Of a stretch of 64,000 bases of DNA, positions 1 to 9,696 are shown piece after piece. Made by a program: the position numbers and the translations under genes. The stretch comes from a virus. Taxonomy: Duplodnaviria > Caudoviricetes. Every line of letters begins with the position of its first letter. The first letter of the stretch is position 1. Below the pieces are notes generated by a model. The model had not been told where the DNA came from. It saw nothing but the letters and a program-made list of their open reading frames with translations, and searched no databases. The stretch spans positions 128,001 through 192,000 of the IMG/VR virus record IMGVR_UViG_3300032332_001787; one strand, 5' to 3'.

Positions 1-36
1 TGACCCAGATCTTTCATGGATTAGGAGTATTCAAAC

Positions 37-672
37 TTGATATCATATTGTATTACTGTTTATAATGAAGCACAGGAATTGGTCAGATTAATAGCATCTA
101 TAAGACCAGCAATATCTAGCTCTGACGAAATAGTAATTGTTCAGACGCATAAAAATGAAAATGAAAAAAATAGCGAGTCTTATCAAGAATTAAAAACTAT
201 ATGTGAAAGACATGCAACTAAATACGGCTCTTTTCATTTTGAAAATAATTTTGCCGACCTGAAGAACTACATGAATAGTTTAGCTTCTGGACAATATATT
301 ATCAATTTAGATGCTGATGAAACCATGATTCCGTTTTCCCTTGAAAAACTACTACCATCCATACTAGAAAATGATATTGATTTATATTATCTGCCAAGAA
401 TTAATATAGTTACAGGTATTACCCAAGAAGATATACAAAAATGGTCTTGGAAAATCAATGAAAGAGGCTGGATAAATTGGCCGGACTATCAACCCAGAAT
501 CTATAAAAATAATGGATCTATCAAATGGGTCAGCAAGGTACATGAACACCTAGAAGGTTTTCAAACTCATGCAATGATAGAAGCAGATGGCAAGATAGCT
601 ATTATGCATAAGAAAACTATAGATAAACAAAGACAACAAAATAAATTATATTCCCAAATAGGTAGTAATTAA
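37..672 (+). CDS. Glycosyltransferase family 2 (GT-A fold)
   Basis: N-terminal ISYCITVYNEA strand-loop, DxD motif (NLDADE) and the WPDYQPRIY segment typical of GT2. TTG start with AGGAG at 23-27. Confidence 0.85.
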   Translation: MISYCITVYNEAQELVRLIASIRPAISSSDEIVIVQTHKNENEKNSESYQELKTICERHATKYGSFHFENNFADLKNYMNSLASGQYIINLDADETMIPFSLEKLLPSILENDIDLYYLPRINIVTGITQEDIQKWSWKINERGWINWPDYQPRIYKNNGSIKWVSKVHEHLEGFQTHAMIEADGKIAIMHKKTIDKQRQQNKLYSQIGSN

Positions 673-1494
673 ATGATATACGACTGTTTTATTATTCGAG
701 ACGAACTAGATATTTTAGAACTAAGACTAAAAGTACTAAATAATTTAGTTGACAAATTTGTAATCTGTGAAGCAAATAAAACTCATACTAATATGCCTAA
801 ACCATATTTCTATATTGATCACCAAGAAAGATTTTTGCCATGGAAAGATAAAATTATTTATTTGCCATTGGAATTAGATGACACTGGTCTTGATTTTTCT
901 ATCAAAGAAACTTCTTATAATCCAAAATCTGCTGCTTTTCAGTTTGAATATTTACAGAGAAAAGCTTTGTTTGAGGGAATAAAACATTGCCAAGATAATG
1001 ATATTATTTTTATGGGGGATTTGGACGAAATACCAAATCCAGATTCATTATCTATAAATCAGCCATCTGTTTGTGTTATGAAATTTTTTTATTATTATGC
1101 TAATAACCAAAGTATTGGCCCAATAGATAAAGATTGGTATGGAACAGCCATTATTCCTTTTCATGTCCTGAAAGGTAGATTTAATGGAGACATGCAAAAA
1201 CTCAGAAATGAAAAACACTTACTGTATCATTCTAATGATGGTGGATGGCATTTGTCTTATTTAGGAGGCAAAGATGCTATCAGAACTAAGATACAATCAT
1301 TTTCGCATACGGAATATAATAGCGAAACATTCTATGGAGATCAAAATATAGAATATTGCTTAGAAAATGGCATTGATATATTCCATAGACAAGGTATGAA
1401 TTTTATGTTAGTAAATCTTGAAGATACTTATCCAAAAACTATTAGAGATATTATAAATAATTACCCAAACTATACCTATAAAAGGAAAGATTGA
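673..1494 (+). CDS. GT17-like (MGAT3-family) beta-1,4-N-acetylglucosaminyltransferase homologue
   Basis: MIYDCF..ELDILELRL..L...VDKFVICEA start, E..QR motif, GDLDEIP DxD motif and GWHLSY motif, all characteristic of Glyco_transf_17. Confidence 0.8.
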   Translation: MIYDCFIIRDELDILELRLKVLNNLVDKFVICEANKTHTNMPKPYFYIDHQERFLPWKDKIIYLPLELDDTGLDFSIKETSYNPKSAAFQFEYLQRKALFEGIKHCQDNDIIFMGDLDEIPNPDSLSINQPSVCVMKFFYYYANNQSIGPIDKDWYGTAIIPFHVLKGRFNGDMQKLRNEKHLLYHSNDGGWHLSYLGGKDAIRTKIQSFSHTEYNSETFYGDQNIEYCLENGIDIFHRQGMNFMLVNLEDTYPKTIRDIINNYPNYTYKRKD

Positions 1495-2060
1495 TAATGT
1501 TCAAGATCCACCAAGAAGGCTATTGGGAAGGGGAGGAATGTCGCTCTCATCATTATTTTGATCAAAAACTTAATCAATCTATAGTCAATTTCTTTAAACT
1601 AAATAATATTCGAACCGTATTGGATTTGGGTTGTGGTTTAGGAGAATATGCTAAAGTTTTTAATGATAGTGGATTTAGTTGTGACTGCTATGATGGCAAT
1701 CCAGACACACTATTATTAACAAATAATCTATGCTCATGTATAGATTTATCAAATAGCATCTCACTTAATAAACAATATGATTGTGTCATGAGTCTAGAAG
1801 TAGGAGAGCACATTCCGGCAACATATGAAATGATATTTATCGAAAATATTGTGAAACATACAAAATCATATATCTTATTAAGTTGGGCTATTCCATTTCA
1901 ATCAGGTGATGGACACGTAAATTGCAGAAGCAATAGTTATATTATTAATGCTTTACAAAATTATGGTTTTGTCTTTTTAGCCGATGATACAAACTCCATG
2001 AGATCCTCAGTCGATCTTCCTTGGTTCAGAAACACTATTATGCTTTTCCAAAAAAACTAA
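1491..2060 (+). CDS. Class I SAM-dependent methyltransferase
   Basis: Motif I VLDLGCGLGEY, then YDCVMSLEVGEHIP. The start may be the ATG at 1497. Confidence 0.85.
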   Translation: MIMFKIHQEGYWEGEECRSHHYFDQKLNQSIVNFFKLNNIRTVLDLGCGLGEYAKVFNDSGFSCDCYDGNPDTLLLTNNLCSCIDLSNSISLNKQYDCVMSLEVGEHIPATYEMIFIENIVKHTKSYILLSWAIPFQSGDGHVNCRSNSYIINALQNYGFVFLADDTNSMRSSVDLPWFRNTIMLFQKN

Positions 2061-2089
2061 AACATTTAATTTGAAAGAAATGAACTACT

Positions 2090-3277
2090 ATGATTAATAT
2101 CCCCAAAATTACTTTTTGCATACCATCTAATAATAATCTAAGATATCTTAAATCTTGCATTAAATCTATTAAAGAAAATAGTTTTCGTAAAGATCATGAT
2201 ATTATCATCTTTGTAGACCGAGACAATGACGGCACTGTAGATTGGCTATCAGATAATCAAGAAAATTTTAATTATAAGTTCTTCCTTAATCCTGAGCTTA
2301 ATACATCTAAATTTGGTATAGCTAAAGCTTATGATTTTTGTATAGATAAAAGCACCACAGATATTTTTATGATCTTTCATGCAGACATGATACTAGGAAA
2401 AGATGCAGACTATCATGCCCTAAAATACCTAAAAGAAAAAACCGTAGTTTCAGCAACCAGAATAGAACCTCCACTATTTCCATCTGCTGGAGAAAAAATT
2501 ATCAAAGATTTTGGTTTATGGCCAGAAGATTTTAAAGTAGATTTATTTAATCAATTTGTTAATGAACAAATAGATTCTAATACTAATAAAACTACAGATG
2601 GTATTTTTGCTCCATGGATGATGTATAAAAAAGATTTCCTAAATATAGGTGGACATGACCATCAGTTTATATCATGCAATGAAGATTCTGATGTTTTCAA
2701 TCGTATGATTTTGAATAACTATGTAGCAATACAGCCTTGGGATTCTTTGGTATATCATTTTTGTGGTCGTGGTTTTCGTTTTGAGAATGATATTATGGAT
2801 TATAATCTTAAAAAAGAAGAACAAAATATCGCATATAAAAAATTTGTCAGAAAGTGGGGTTCTCCAGTACGAAGCACTCAATTGCTAAAACCTATTATCT
2901 CTCCCAAGTATGATATAGCTATACTAATTGATAATATGTCTTATTCTGACTTAGAAATCATAGAACCTTGGTGCTCTCACATCTACTTCTCTTCGACAGA
3001 TAAAAATAACATAACAAAACTTATAGAACAAGAAAAAAATAACAATGTGGATATTTCTTATAAATTTACAGAACTATCTATAGATGCTGATATTGATGGC
3101 TTGAGTAATGACATTATTATATTTAGTGAAGATAATACTTTTAAAGACCTAAGTATCATACAGGATGCCAACTTTATTGTTTCTCAAATTAATCAGGTTG
3201 GAACTTTTAAAATCGAAAATATGATATTTGTGATTAGAAAAATACGAAATATTTTAATGAAGCACGATGAAGAATAG
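2090..3277 (+). CDS. Glycosyltransferase family 2 with C-terminal extension
   Basis: ITFCIPSNNN..YLKSCIKSI, IIIFVD, FHADM, IGGHD...EDSD and VYHF motifs of the GT2 fold. Confidence 0.85.
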   Translation: MINIPKITFCIPSNNNLRYLKSCIKSIKENSFRKDHDIIIFVDRDNDGTVDWLSDNQENFNYKFFLNPELNTSKFGIAKAYDFCIDKSTTDIFMIFHADMILGKDADYHALKYLKEKTVVSATRIEPPLFPSAGEKIIKDFGLWPEDFKVDLFNQFVNEQIDSNTNKTTDGIFAPWMMYKKDFLNIGGHDHQFISCNEDSDVFNRMILNNYVAIQPWDSLVYHFCGRGFRFENDIMDYNLKKEEQNIAYKKFVRKWGSPVRSTQLLKPIISPKYDIAILIDNMSYSDLEIIEPWCSHIYFSSTDKNNITKLIEQEKNNNVDISYKFTELSIDADIDGLSNDIIIFSEDNTFKDLSIIQDANFIVSQINQVGTFKIENMIFVIRKIRNILMKHDEE

Positions 3278-4088
3278 TAAACTGCAAAATATTATTAATC
3301 AATCTATATTTGGTTCCATAGGACATATTGGATCAAAAGTAGATTTAGATAATTTTATCTCATATGTAAAATATAATGCTAATTTTTTAAATTCTTTCCC
3401 TCAGTTAATTTTTAGTTTCAATGGGGACTTAGACCTTATTAAAGAATGCAATAAGATCACCTCAGTGATACAGTCCCCATTAGAAATATCTATTGCACAA
3501 AACTTGGGCCATACATTTGGAACTTTTTTATTAGATCATAATCTTTTTGAATTAGCTCAAAAATATTCTTATAAGTACCTATGGAAGTTTTCTAATGATG
3601 TTATTGTTAATAAAGGTATTTTTGAAACTGAAATTACATCAGACATAGATTTTTATTATACAAATAATATAGGGTTTAATGAATTTAGATTTCAGACACC
3701 AGAAGAGTTACTAAAAAATATAGTAGATCAAAATTATTACTATCCACAAACCAACCATTACATTATCAAAAATTCAGCAATATTTCATCCAACCAAAGAA
3801 ATGATTTTACAACTAAAGCAGGAATTCGACAGGATTAGAAAAGAAAAACCTGACATAGCTCCCTGGCATGCTATAAGAGGATGTGACTGTGAGTCTATGT
3901 TGATGCAAACAGTAGAAAAAAATGGTTTTTCTAAACAGTATTTATTGCCTAAAAAAGATACAGAACTCTTGATCAATTTTATTCAAACAAATCAAATTCA
4001 TGACGGCAGCCACAAAAATATTATGTTTAGTAGTCTTGGAAATTTGTGTCATTTGCAATTTCCAAACCATCCAGTATATGTTATATAG
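3267..4088 (+). CDS. Hypothetical protein in glycosylation island
   Basis: 273-aa ORF overlapping the GT2 stop. No family recognised. Confidence 0.6.
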   Translation: MKNSKLQNIINQSIFGSIGHIGSKVDLDNFISYVKYNANFLNSFPQLIFSFNGDLDLIKECNKITSVIQSPLEISIAQNLGHTFGTFLLDHNLFELAQKYSYKYLWKFSNDVIVNKGIFETEITSDIDFYYTNNIGFNEFRFQTPEELLKNIVDQNYYYPQTNHYIIKNSAIFHPTKEMILQLKQEFDRIRKEKPDIAPWHAIRGCDCESMLMQTVEKNGFSKQYLLPKKDTELLINFIQTNQIHDGSHKNIMFSSLGNLCHLQFPNHPVYVI

Positions 4089-4097
4089 TGGTGTATT
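4089..4097 (+). promoter_or_regulatory. Candidate phage promoter motif TGGTGTATT upstream of nrdB
   Basis: An identical 9-mer lies at 7227-7235 upstream of phoH at a similar distance from the start (42 vs 45 nt). Both leaders also contain ATAAGGGC. Confidence 0.4.
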
Positions 4098-4139
4098 GAT
4101 GGTATCAACTACTATCTAAAAAATATAAGGGCAGCAAAT

Positions 4140-5111
4140 ATGATTTTTGATGAACAAATCACAAGAAAACCAGACAATTATCCATGGACTCAAGAATTCA
4201 TAGAAGCAATGCACACTGGTTTTTGGACCGATAAAGAATTTAATTTTCAAAGCGATATTCAAGACTTTAGAGTTAATCTTTCCTCACAAGAACAAGAAAT
4301 TATAACAAGAGCACTATCAACTATAGGCCAGTTAGAAATTTCTGTTAAAAAATTCTGGGCAAAACTAGGAGATAATCTCCCACATCCATCATTAAATGAT
4401 ATGGGTTATGTTATGGCCAATACAGAGGTTATTCATGGGGATGCATATGAAAGACTATTAGAAGTATTGGGTATTCAAAATAGTTTTGACGAAATTCTAA
4501 AATTAGACATTATTAAGGGTCGCGTCAACTATCTAAGAAAACATCTTCACAAATTTCATAATGACAACAAAAAGCAATTTATCTATTCTTTGATTCTATT
4601 TACTTTGTTTGTTGAAAATATTGCTCTATTTTCACAATTTTATACCATTGGTTTTTTTGGCCGATATAAAAACTTATTAAAAGATACCAATAAACAGGTC
4701 GAATACACTTCCAGAGAAGAAAATCTTCATGCTATTATTGGTATTAAAATTATCAACACAATTAAACAAGAATATCCCGAGCTGTTTGACGACGAATTAA
4801 AAAACAAGGTCTTACATGAAGCAAGGGATGCTGTAAAATACGAATGCCAGATCATAGAGTGGATAGTAAATGGCTATGATCATGAAAAGTTGAATTCTGA
4901 CCTTTTGAAAGAATTTATTAAAAACAGAATGAATGATTCACTCAAACAAATAGGTTATGATGCTATTTTTGAAACTAATCAAGACATTATTGCCCAAACC
5001 ACATGGTTTGATGAGCAAATTCTAGGAAATAACATGACCGATTTTTTCCATAGTAGACCAGTAGAGTATGCAAAATCGGCCCAAAGTTTTGATGTTACAG
5101 ATCTTTTTTAA
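4140..5111 (+). CDS. nrdB: Ribonucleotide reductase class I beta subunit (class Id/NrdBi-like)
   Basis: Carboxylate/His ligands E66, E96-x-x-H99, E159, E194-x-x-H197, with Y103 and K70. The DFF..RPVEY C-terminus resembles the Flavobacterium-type beta subunit. Confidence 0.92.
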   Translation: MIFDEQITRKPDNYPWTQEFIEAMHTGFWTDKEFNFQSDIQDFRVNLSSQEQEIITRALSTIGQLEISVKKFWAKLGDNLPHPSLNDMGYVMANTEVIHGDAYERLLEVLGIQNSFDEILKLDIIKGRVNYLRKHLHKFHNDNKKQFIYSLILFTLFVENIALFSQFYTIGFFGRYKNLLKDTNKQVEYTSREENLHAIIGIKIINTIKQEYPELFDDELKNKVLHEARDAVKYECQIIEWIVNGYDHEKLNSDLLKEFIKNRMNDSLKQIGYDAIFETNQDIIAQTTWFDEQILGNNMTDFFHSRPVEYAKSAQSFDVTDLF

Positions 5112-5130
5112 TTAGAACGGAATCGAGATA

Positions 5131-6780
5131 ATGCATAAGAAGTACTATTGGCTCAATTCACATAGTCGTATTTTTCTAGAGAGAGGCTATATTGAACAAG
5201 GCGGCACTCCAGAAAAAAGAATCAGAGACATAGCAGAAAATGCTGAAAAAATACTGCAGATCAAAGGATTTGCAGATAAATTTGAAGACTATATGAGCAG
5301 AGGATTCTTTTCATTAGCAACCCCCGTGTGGACTAATTTTGGTAATGCTCGTGGTCTTCCAGTATCATGTTTTAATTCCTATATTTCTGATACTATGCAG
5401 TCTATCCTCTATAAGGTTGCAGAAGTAGGGATGATGAGTAAGCTTGGGGGCGGAACTAGCGGATTTTTTGGTGATTTGAGAGCCAGAGGATCTTCTATAA
5501 GTGTTGGTGGAGAATCTAGTGGACCTGTGCACTTTATGGAGCTATTCGATAAAGTAGCAGAAGTTGTAAGTCAGGGATCTGCTAGAAGAGGATCTTTTGC
5601 AGCATATTTACCAGTTGAACATTCGGACATAGAAGAATTCTTGCAGATTCGCTCAGAGGGACACAGTATTCAAAATATGAGTATTGGAGTCACTATTGGC
5701 GACGAGTGGATGAAACAGATGCTTGCTGGAGACAAGCAAAAAAGACAAATATGGGCAAAGATTATACAAAAAAGATTTGAAACAGGCTATCCTTATATCA
5801 TGTTTACAGATACAGTAAACAAAGAAGCTCCACAAGTATACAAAGATAAAAATCTTACAATCAAAAGCTCCAATCTATGTTCCGAAATTGAACTAGCTTC
5901 TGATGAAAATAATTCGTTTGTTTGCGTATTATCTTCTTTGAATCTATTACATTGGGATGAGATAGAAAAAACTGATGCAGTCGAAACATTAATTTATTTT
6001 CTAGATGCAGTAAATGAAGAATTCATACAAAAAACTAAAGATATTCCGTTCATGTCAACTGCTTACAATTTTGCTAAGTCACAAAGAGCTTTAGGCATGG
6101 GCGCTCTTGGATGGCACTCACTACTTCAACATAAGATGATATCTTTTGAATCTATGAAAGCTAAAGCCTTAAATACGTCGATATGGAAAACAATAAGAGA
6201 AAAAGCAGATAAAGCCTCTATTGAATTAGCTAAAAAATTTGGAGAGCCAGAATTATTAAAAGGATATGGTCGTAGAAATGTCACCACACTATCTGTTGCT
6301 CCAACAACATCCAGTTCTTTTATTTTGGGACAAGTAAGTCCATCAATAGAACCTTTGAACTCAAACTACTTTGTTAAAAAATTAGCTAAGGGTAGTTTCA
6401 CCTACAAGAACCCACATCTGAAAAAACTACTTAAAGATAAAGATCAAGACAATGACGAAGTATGGAGAACAATCCTAGTAAGAGGAGGATCTGTACAACA
6501 TTTGGATTTCTTATCCCAAGAAGAAAAAGATATCTTTAAAACCTTTGGTGAGATTAGTCAAAAAGAGATAGTAATACAAAATATACAAAGACAAAAATAT
6601 ATAGATCAGTCTATATCTCTTAACTTAATGATTCCACCTAATTGTCCAGCTAAAGAAGTGAGCGAATTATTAATTTATGGCTGGGAAAATGGTATCAAAA
6701 CTTTTTACTATCAGAGATCATCCAATCCTGCTCAAGAATTAACAAGAAGCATTTTAACCTGTTCATCATGTGAGGCATAA
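5131..6780 (+). CDS. nrdA: Ribonucleotide reductase class I alpha subunit, short form without ATP cone
   Basis: TPVW.NFG..RGLPVSCF, GGGTSG, SNLCSEI (thiyl Cys), APTTSSS, KTFYY and C-terminal CSSCEA. Confidence 0.95.
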   Translation: MHKKYYWLNSHSRIFLERGYIEQGGTPEKRIRDIAENAEKILQIKGFADKFEDYMSRGFFSLATPVWTNFGNARGLPVSCFNSYISDTMQSILYKVAEVGMMSKLGGGTSGFFGDLRARGSSISVGGESSGPVHFMELFDKVAEVVSQGSARRGSFAAYLPVEHSDIEEFLQIRSEGHSIQNMSIGVTIGDEWMKQMLAGDKQKRQIWAKIIQKRFETGYPYIMFTDTVNKEAPQVYKDKNLTIKSSNLCSEIELASDENNSFVCVLSSLNLLHWDEIEKTDAVETLIYFLDAVNEEFIQKTKDIPFMSTAYNFAKSQRALGMGALGWHSLLQHKMISFESMKAKALNTSIWKTIREKADKASIELAKKFGEPELLKGYGRRNVTTLSVAPTTSSSFILGQVSPSIEPLNSNYFVKKLAKGSFTYKNPHLKKLLKDKDQDNDEVWRTILVRGGSVQHLDFLSQEEKDIFKTFGEISQKEIVIQNIQRQKYIDQSISLNLMIPPNCPAKEVSELLIYGWENGIKTFYYQRSSNPAQELTRSILTCSSCEA

Positions 6781-7206
6781 GTGATTAAAATTAAAAAACT
6801 AAATGAAGTAGCAAAGGTGCCTGTTAGGGCTAATGAAACTGATGCTGGTGCAGATTTGTGTTCCGTTGAATCTGTTGTTATAGCTCCACTATCAAGGGCT
6901 TTAATCAAAACAGGAATTAGTATTGAAATTCCAAAAAATTATTATGGTAGAATTGCGCCACGATCCGGACTAGCTTTTAAAAATGGTATTGATGTTTTAG
7001 CTGGAGTTATAGACAGCTCTTACAGAGGAGAGATCGGGGTTATTCTTTTTAATACAGACAAAGACAATTATTTTGTAGTTAATCAAGGAGACAGAATAGC
7101 TCAATTAATTATTGAAGCACACTATAATATGTCTTTTTCAGAAAATGACAACTTAACAGATACAGAAAGAGGTGGTGGTGGTTTTGGTTCTACCGGAGTA
7201 AGTTAA
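6781..7206 (+). CDS. dut: Trimeric dUTPase
   Basis: All five motifs present: AGADL, PRSG, GVIDSSYRG, GDRIAQ, RGGGGFGSTG. GTG start. Confidence 0.95.
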   Translation: MIKIKKLNEVAKVPVRANETDAGADLCSVESVVIAPLSRALIKTGISIEIPKNYYGRIAPRSGLAFKNGIDVLAGVIDSSYRGEIGVILFNTDKDNYFVVNQGDRIAQLIIEAHYNMSFSENDNLTDTERGGGGFGSTGVS

Positions 7207-7226
7207 GATTATCATTTATTTTTATA

Positions 7227-7235
7227 TGGTGTATT
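7227..7235 (+). promoter_or_regulatory. Candidate phage promoter motif TGGTGTATT upstream of phoH
   Basis: Second copy of the 9-mer at 4089-4097, in a 74-nt intergenic gap. Confidence 0.4.
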
Positions 7236-7280
7236 ATAAGGAACAAGAGTTATTTTACATCTATTAATAAGGGCTCACTC

Positions 7281-8015
7281 TTGAAAAAAAATAATAAAAG
7301 GTCATCTAAAAGACCTAGGGTTGTTGATGCTACTAATGAGATTGTGCAACAAGGAGCGGCTTATAGGAATAGATTAAAGCCAAGAAGTGAAAATCAAAAA
7401 GAATACATTAGAAGCATAGCTGAAAACCATATAACCTTTTGTCAAGGAGCAGCTGGTAGTGGCAAAACGCACTGTGCTATTGGTTTAGCTTTAGAATATT
7501 TACTAGATGACAAAGTTAAAAAAATTATTATCACAAGACCAATAGTTGAGAGTGGAGAAAAGATAGGATATTTACCAGGAACAGCAGAAGAAAAAATACA
7601 TCCATATTTACTACCAATATTAGATGAAATAAATCATTTTATCTCAACAGCTCAATATACTTCTCTTAAACTAAATAATAAAATAGAAATTGTTCCACTT
7701 GGATTAATGAGAGGTAGAAATTTTAACAATTGTTTTATTGTTGCTGATGAATGTCAAAACGCTTCTTATGAACAACTTAAAATGTTAATAACAAGACTAG
7801 GCAAAGATAGCAAAATGGTTCTAACAGGCGACATTGGTCAGTCTGATCTACAAAGACATCTCCAAGGAGGATTTTTAGAGATGATAGAACAACTAGAGAC
7901 TATAGAAGGAATAGCAGTTGCCAGACTACAATTTTCAGATATTGTAAGGAATCCAATCATAGCAAAAATTCTTGTTCGTTTAGACGCTTACGAAAATGAA
8001 ACCACAAAACAGTAA
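7281..8015 (+). CDS. phoH: PhoH-family ATPase
   Basis: Walker A GAAGSGKT, ITRP, GYLPG, MRGRNF, DECQN, GDIGQSD and IVRNP. TTG start. Confidence 0.95.
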   Translation: MKKNNKRSSKRPRVVDATNEIVQQGAAYRNRLKPRSENQKEYIRSIAENHITFCQGAAGSGKTHCAIGLALEYLLDDKVKKIIITRPIVESGEKIGYLPGTAEEKIHPYLLPILDEINHFISTAQYTSLKLNNKIEIVPLGLMRGRNFNNCFIVADECQNASYEQLKMLITRLGKDSKMVLTGDIGQSDLQRHLQGGFLEMIEQLETIEGIAVARLQFSDIVRNPIIAKILVRLDAYENETTKQ

Positions 8016-8577
8016 ATGCCTTGTTCTTAATGCTGATTATACTCCATTAGGTATAATTAGTTGGAAAAGAGCTTTGGTATGGTCTATCAGACATGCTGAA
8101 AATCCACACATAGGCATGGAAATCATAGACTTCTATAAAGATGATTATATTTGTGGTACCAATAATAAAAAAATTCCAATACCAGCAGTTGCTAAAACTG
8201 CTAGATATTTCAGGAACAATAATCAAAAAGTAAATTTTTGTAGAAAAAATCTTTTTATAAGAGATAATTATAGCTGTCAATATTGTGGTATTAAAAAACA
8301 TATTAACGAATTAACATATGATCATGTTATTCCTAAGTCTGTTTGGACACAACAGATGGGATCTCCTACTTGTTGGACAAATATAGTAACAGCATGCGTA
8401 GGATGTAACAGAAAAAAAGGCAATAGAACCCCAAAACAAGCTAACATGCCCTTAAAAAGTATGCCCGCAATACCCAATAAGAGTCCAAAATACTTGCCGA
8501 TCACCAGCCAGCTCTTTAATATAAGAAGCGACATCCCTACAGAGTGGGCTGTTTATTTACCAGAATCCTATACATAA
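7996..8577 (+). CDS. HNH endonuclease (McrA-like)
   Basis: LVLNADYTPL N-terminus, RDNYSCQYCG, TYDHVIP and NIVTAC..CNRKK. Confidence 0.9.
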   Translation: MKPQNSKCLVLNADYTPLGIISWKRALVWSIRHAENPHIGMEIIDFYKDDYICGTNNKKIPIPAVAKTARYFRNNNQKVNFCRKNLFIRDNYSCQYCGIKKHINELTYDHVIPKSVWTQQMGSPTCWTNIVTACVGCNRKKGNRTPKQANMPLKSMPAIPNKSPKYLPITSQLFNIRSDIPTEWAVYLPESYT

Positions 8578-8580
8578 AAC

Positions 8581-8934
8581 ATGCCTACTTATTCATATTT
8601 TTGTGATAATTGTCAAACCAAGTTTGAAATTTTTTCTAGCATCAAAGACTATGTAGAAAATGCACGATGTGAATATTGCAAGAAGAACAAAGATACCCAT
8701 AGACTATATATTGAAGACATATCAACCCTAAGTACCTCTATTAAAAAGAATGATAGCGAACTCAAAACAATAGGAGATTTAGCAAATAGAAATAGAGATA
8801 GACTAAGCGAAGATCATAAAATAGAATTAGACAACAAACATAATAGCTACAAAGAAGAAGTCTCTAAAAAAGAACTACCAAAAGGTATGTCCAGGATACA
8901 AAAACCAAAAACTAAATATAGATGGAATGGATAA
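8581..8934 (+). CDS. FmdB-family zinc-ribbon protein
   Basis: MPTYSYFCDNC..KFE ... CEYC signature. Confidence 0.8.
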   Translation: MPTYSYFCDNCQTKFEIFSSIKDYVENARCEYCKKNKDTHRLYIEDISTLSTSIKKNDSELKTIGDLANRNRDRLSEDHKIELDNKHNSYKEEVSKKELPKGMSRIQKPKTKYRWNG

Positions 8935-8951
8935 ATATAAGGAATTACACA

Positions 8952-9344
8952 ATGGATAATTTTATTTTCAAACCGAGTAGTTTATTTAATAGTAAGTCAA
9001 ATGATTTAGAAGTAGCAGAGTATTATACTTTTGCTGATTTAGGCGACTTTATTGATTCTGAAGGAAACAACAGAGCAAAAGAAGAGAACGATAAAGTTGT
9101 TGCTAAAAAAACGACAAGAAAAAATGGTTCTATAAAATATACAATTAGATTAGGCAACGATAGCAAACTTTATAATCCGGCATCTATCTATGACAATAAA
9201 CAAGATCATACTTTTTTAGACAGAATTTGTCGATCTAATGATAGATTTAAACAAGTTAATCTAAAAGTTTTTAATCTATATCTTCAGTTTCTAAAAACCA
9301 AAAACACAGCATGGCTTAATAATGCAGAAAGAGAGAACGAGTAA
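8952..9344 (+). CDS. Hypothetical protein
   Basis: The ORF track begins at 8922. The ATG at 8952 follows a GGA and avoids overlapping the upstream gene. Confidence 0.6.
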   Translation: MDNFIFKPSSLFNSKSNDLEVAEYYTFADLGDFIDSEGNNRAKEENDKVVAKKTTRKNGSIKYTIRLGNDSKLYNPASIYDNKQDHTFLDRICRSNDRFKQVNLKVFNLYLQFLKTKNTAWLNNAERENE

Positions 9345-9688
9345 TGGCTAGAATTAATAAAACACAAACATATGCTATATTATGGCTTAATAGTCAGTCT
9401 TATGATAGTGCTTATATTGAAAAAGAACTTGGTGTCACAAATAAGCAGATTGAAACTGTTTTAAATAAGCTTAAAATTCCAGAAGAGCCACCAACAAATA
9501 ATATTAAAACATCATCTTCTCCAGTTGGACAATCTAAGTCTAAAAATCTTATGATAACGGAGAGTGCATCTAGAACAAGAAGTGTTGCTATCATGACTAA
9601 AGAAGCATCAGAATTAAACGATGCTCTAAAAAAGAATAGTCAACCAACTAAATCCGAAAATGGTATTTTTAGACCATTCAACAAGTAA
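9344..9688 (+). CDS. Hypothetical protein (possible N-terminal HTH)
   Basis: Start coupled to the upstream stop. IEKELGVTNKQIETVL is HTH-like. Confidence 0.55.
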   Translation: MARINKTQTYAILWLNSQSYDSAYIEKELGVTNKQIETVLNKLKIPEEPPTNNIKTSSSPVGQSKSKNLMITESASRTRSVAIMTKEASELNDALKKNSQPTKSENGIFRPFNK

Positions 9689-9696
9689 TATTTATT

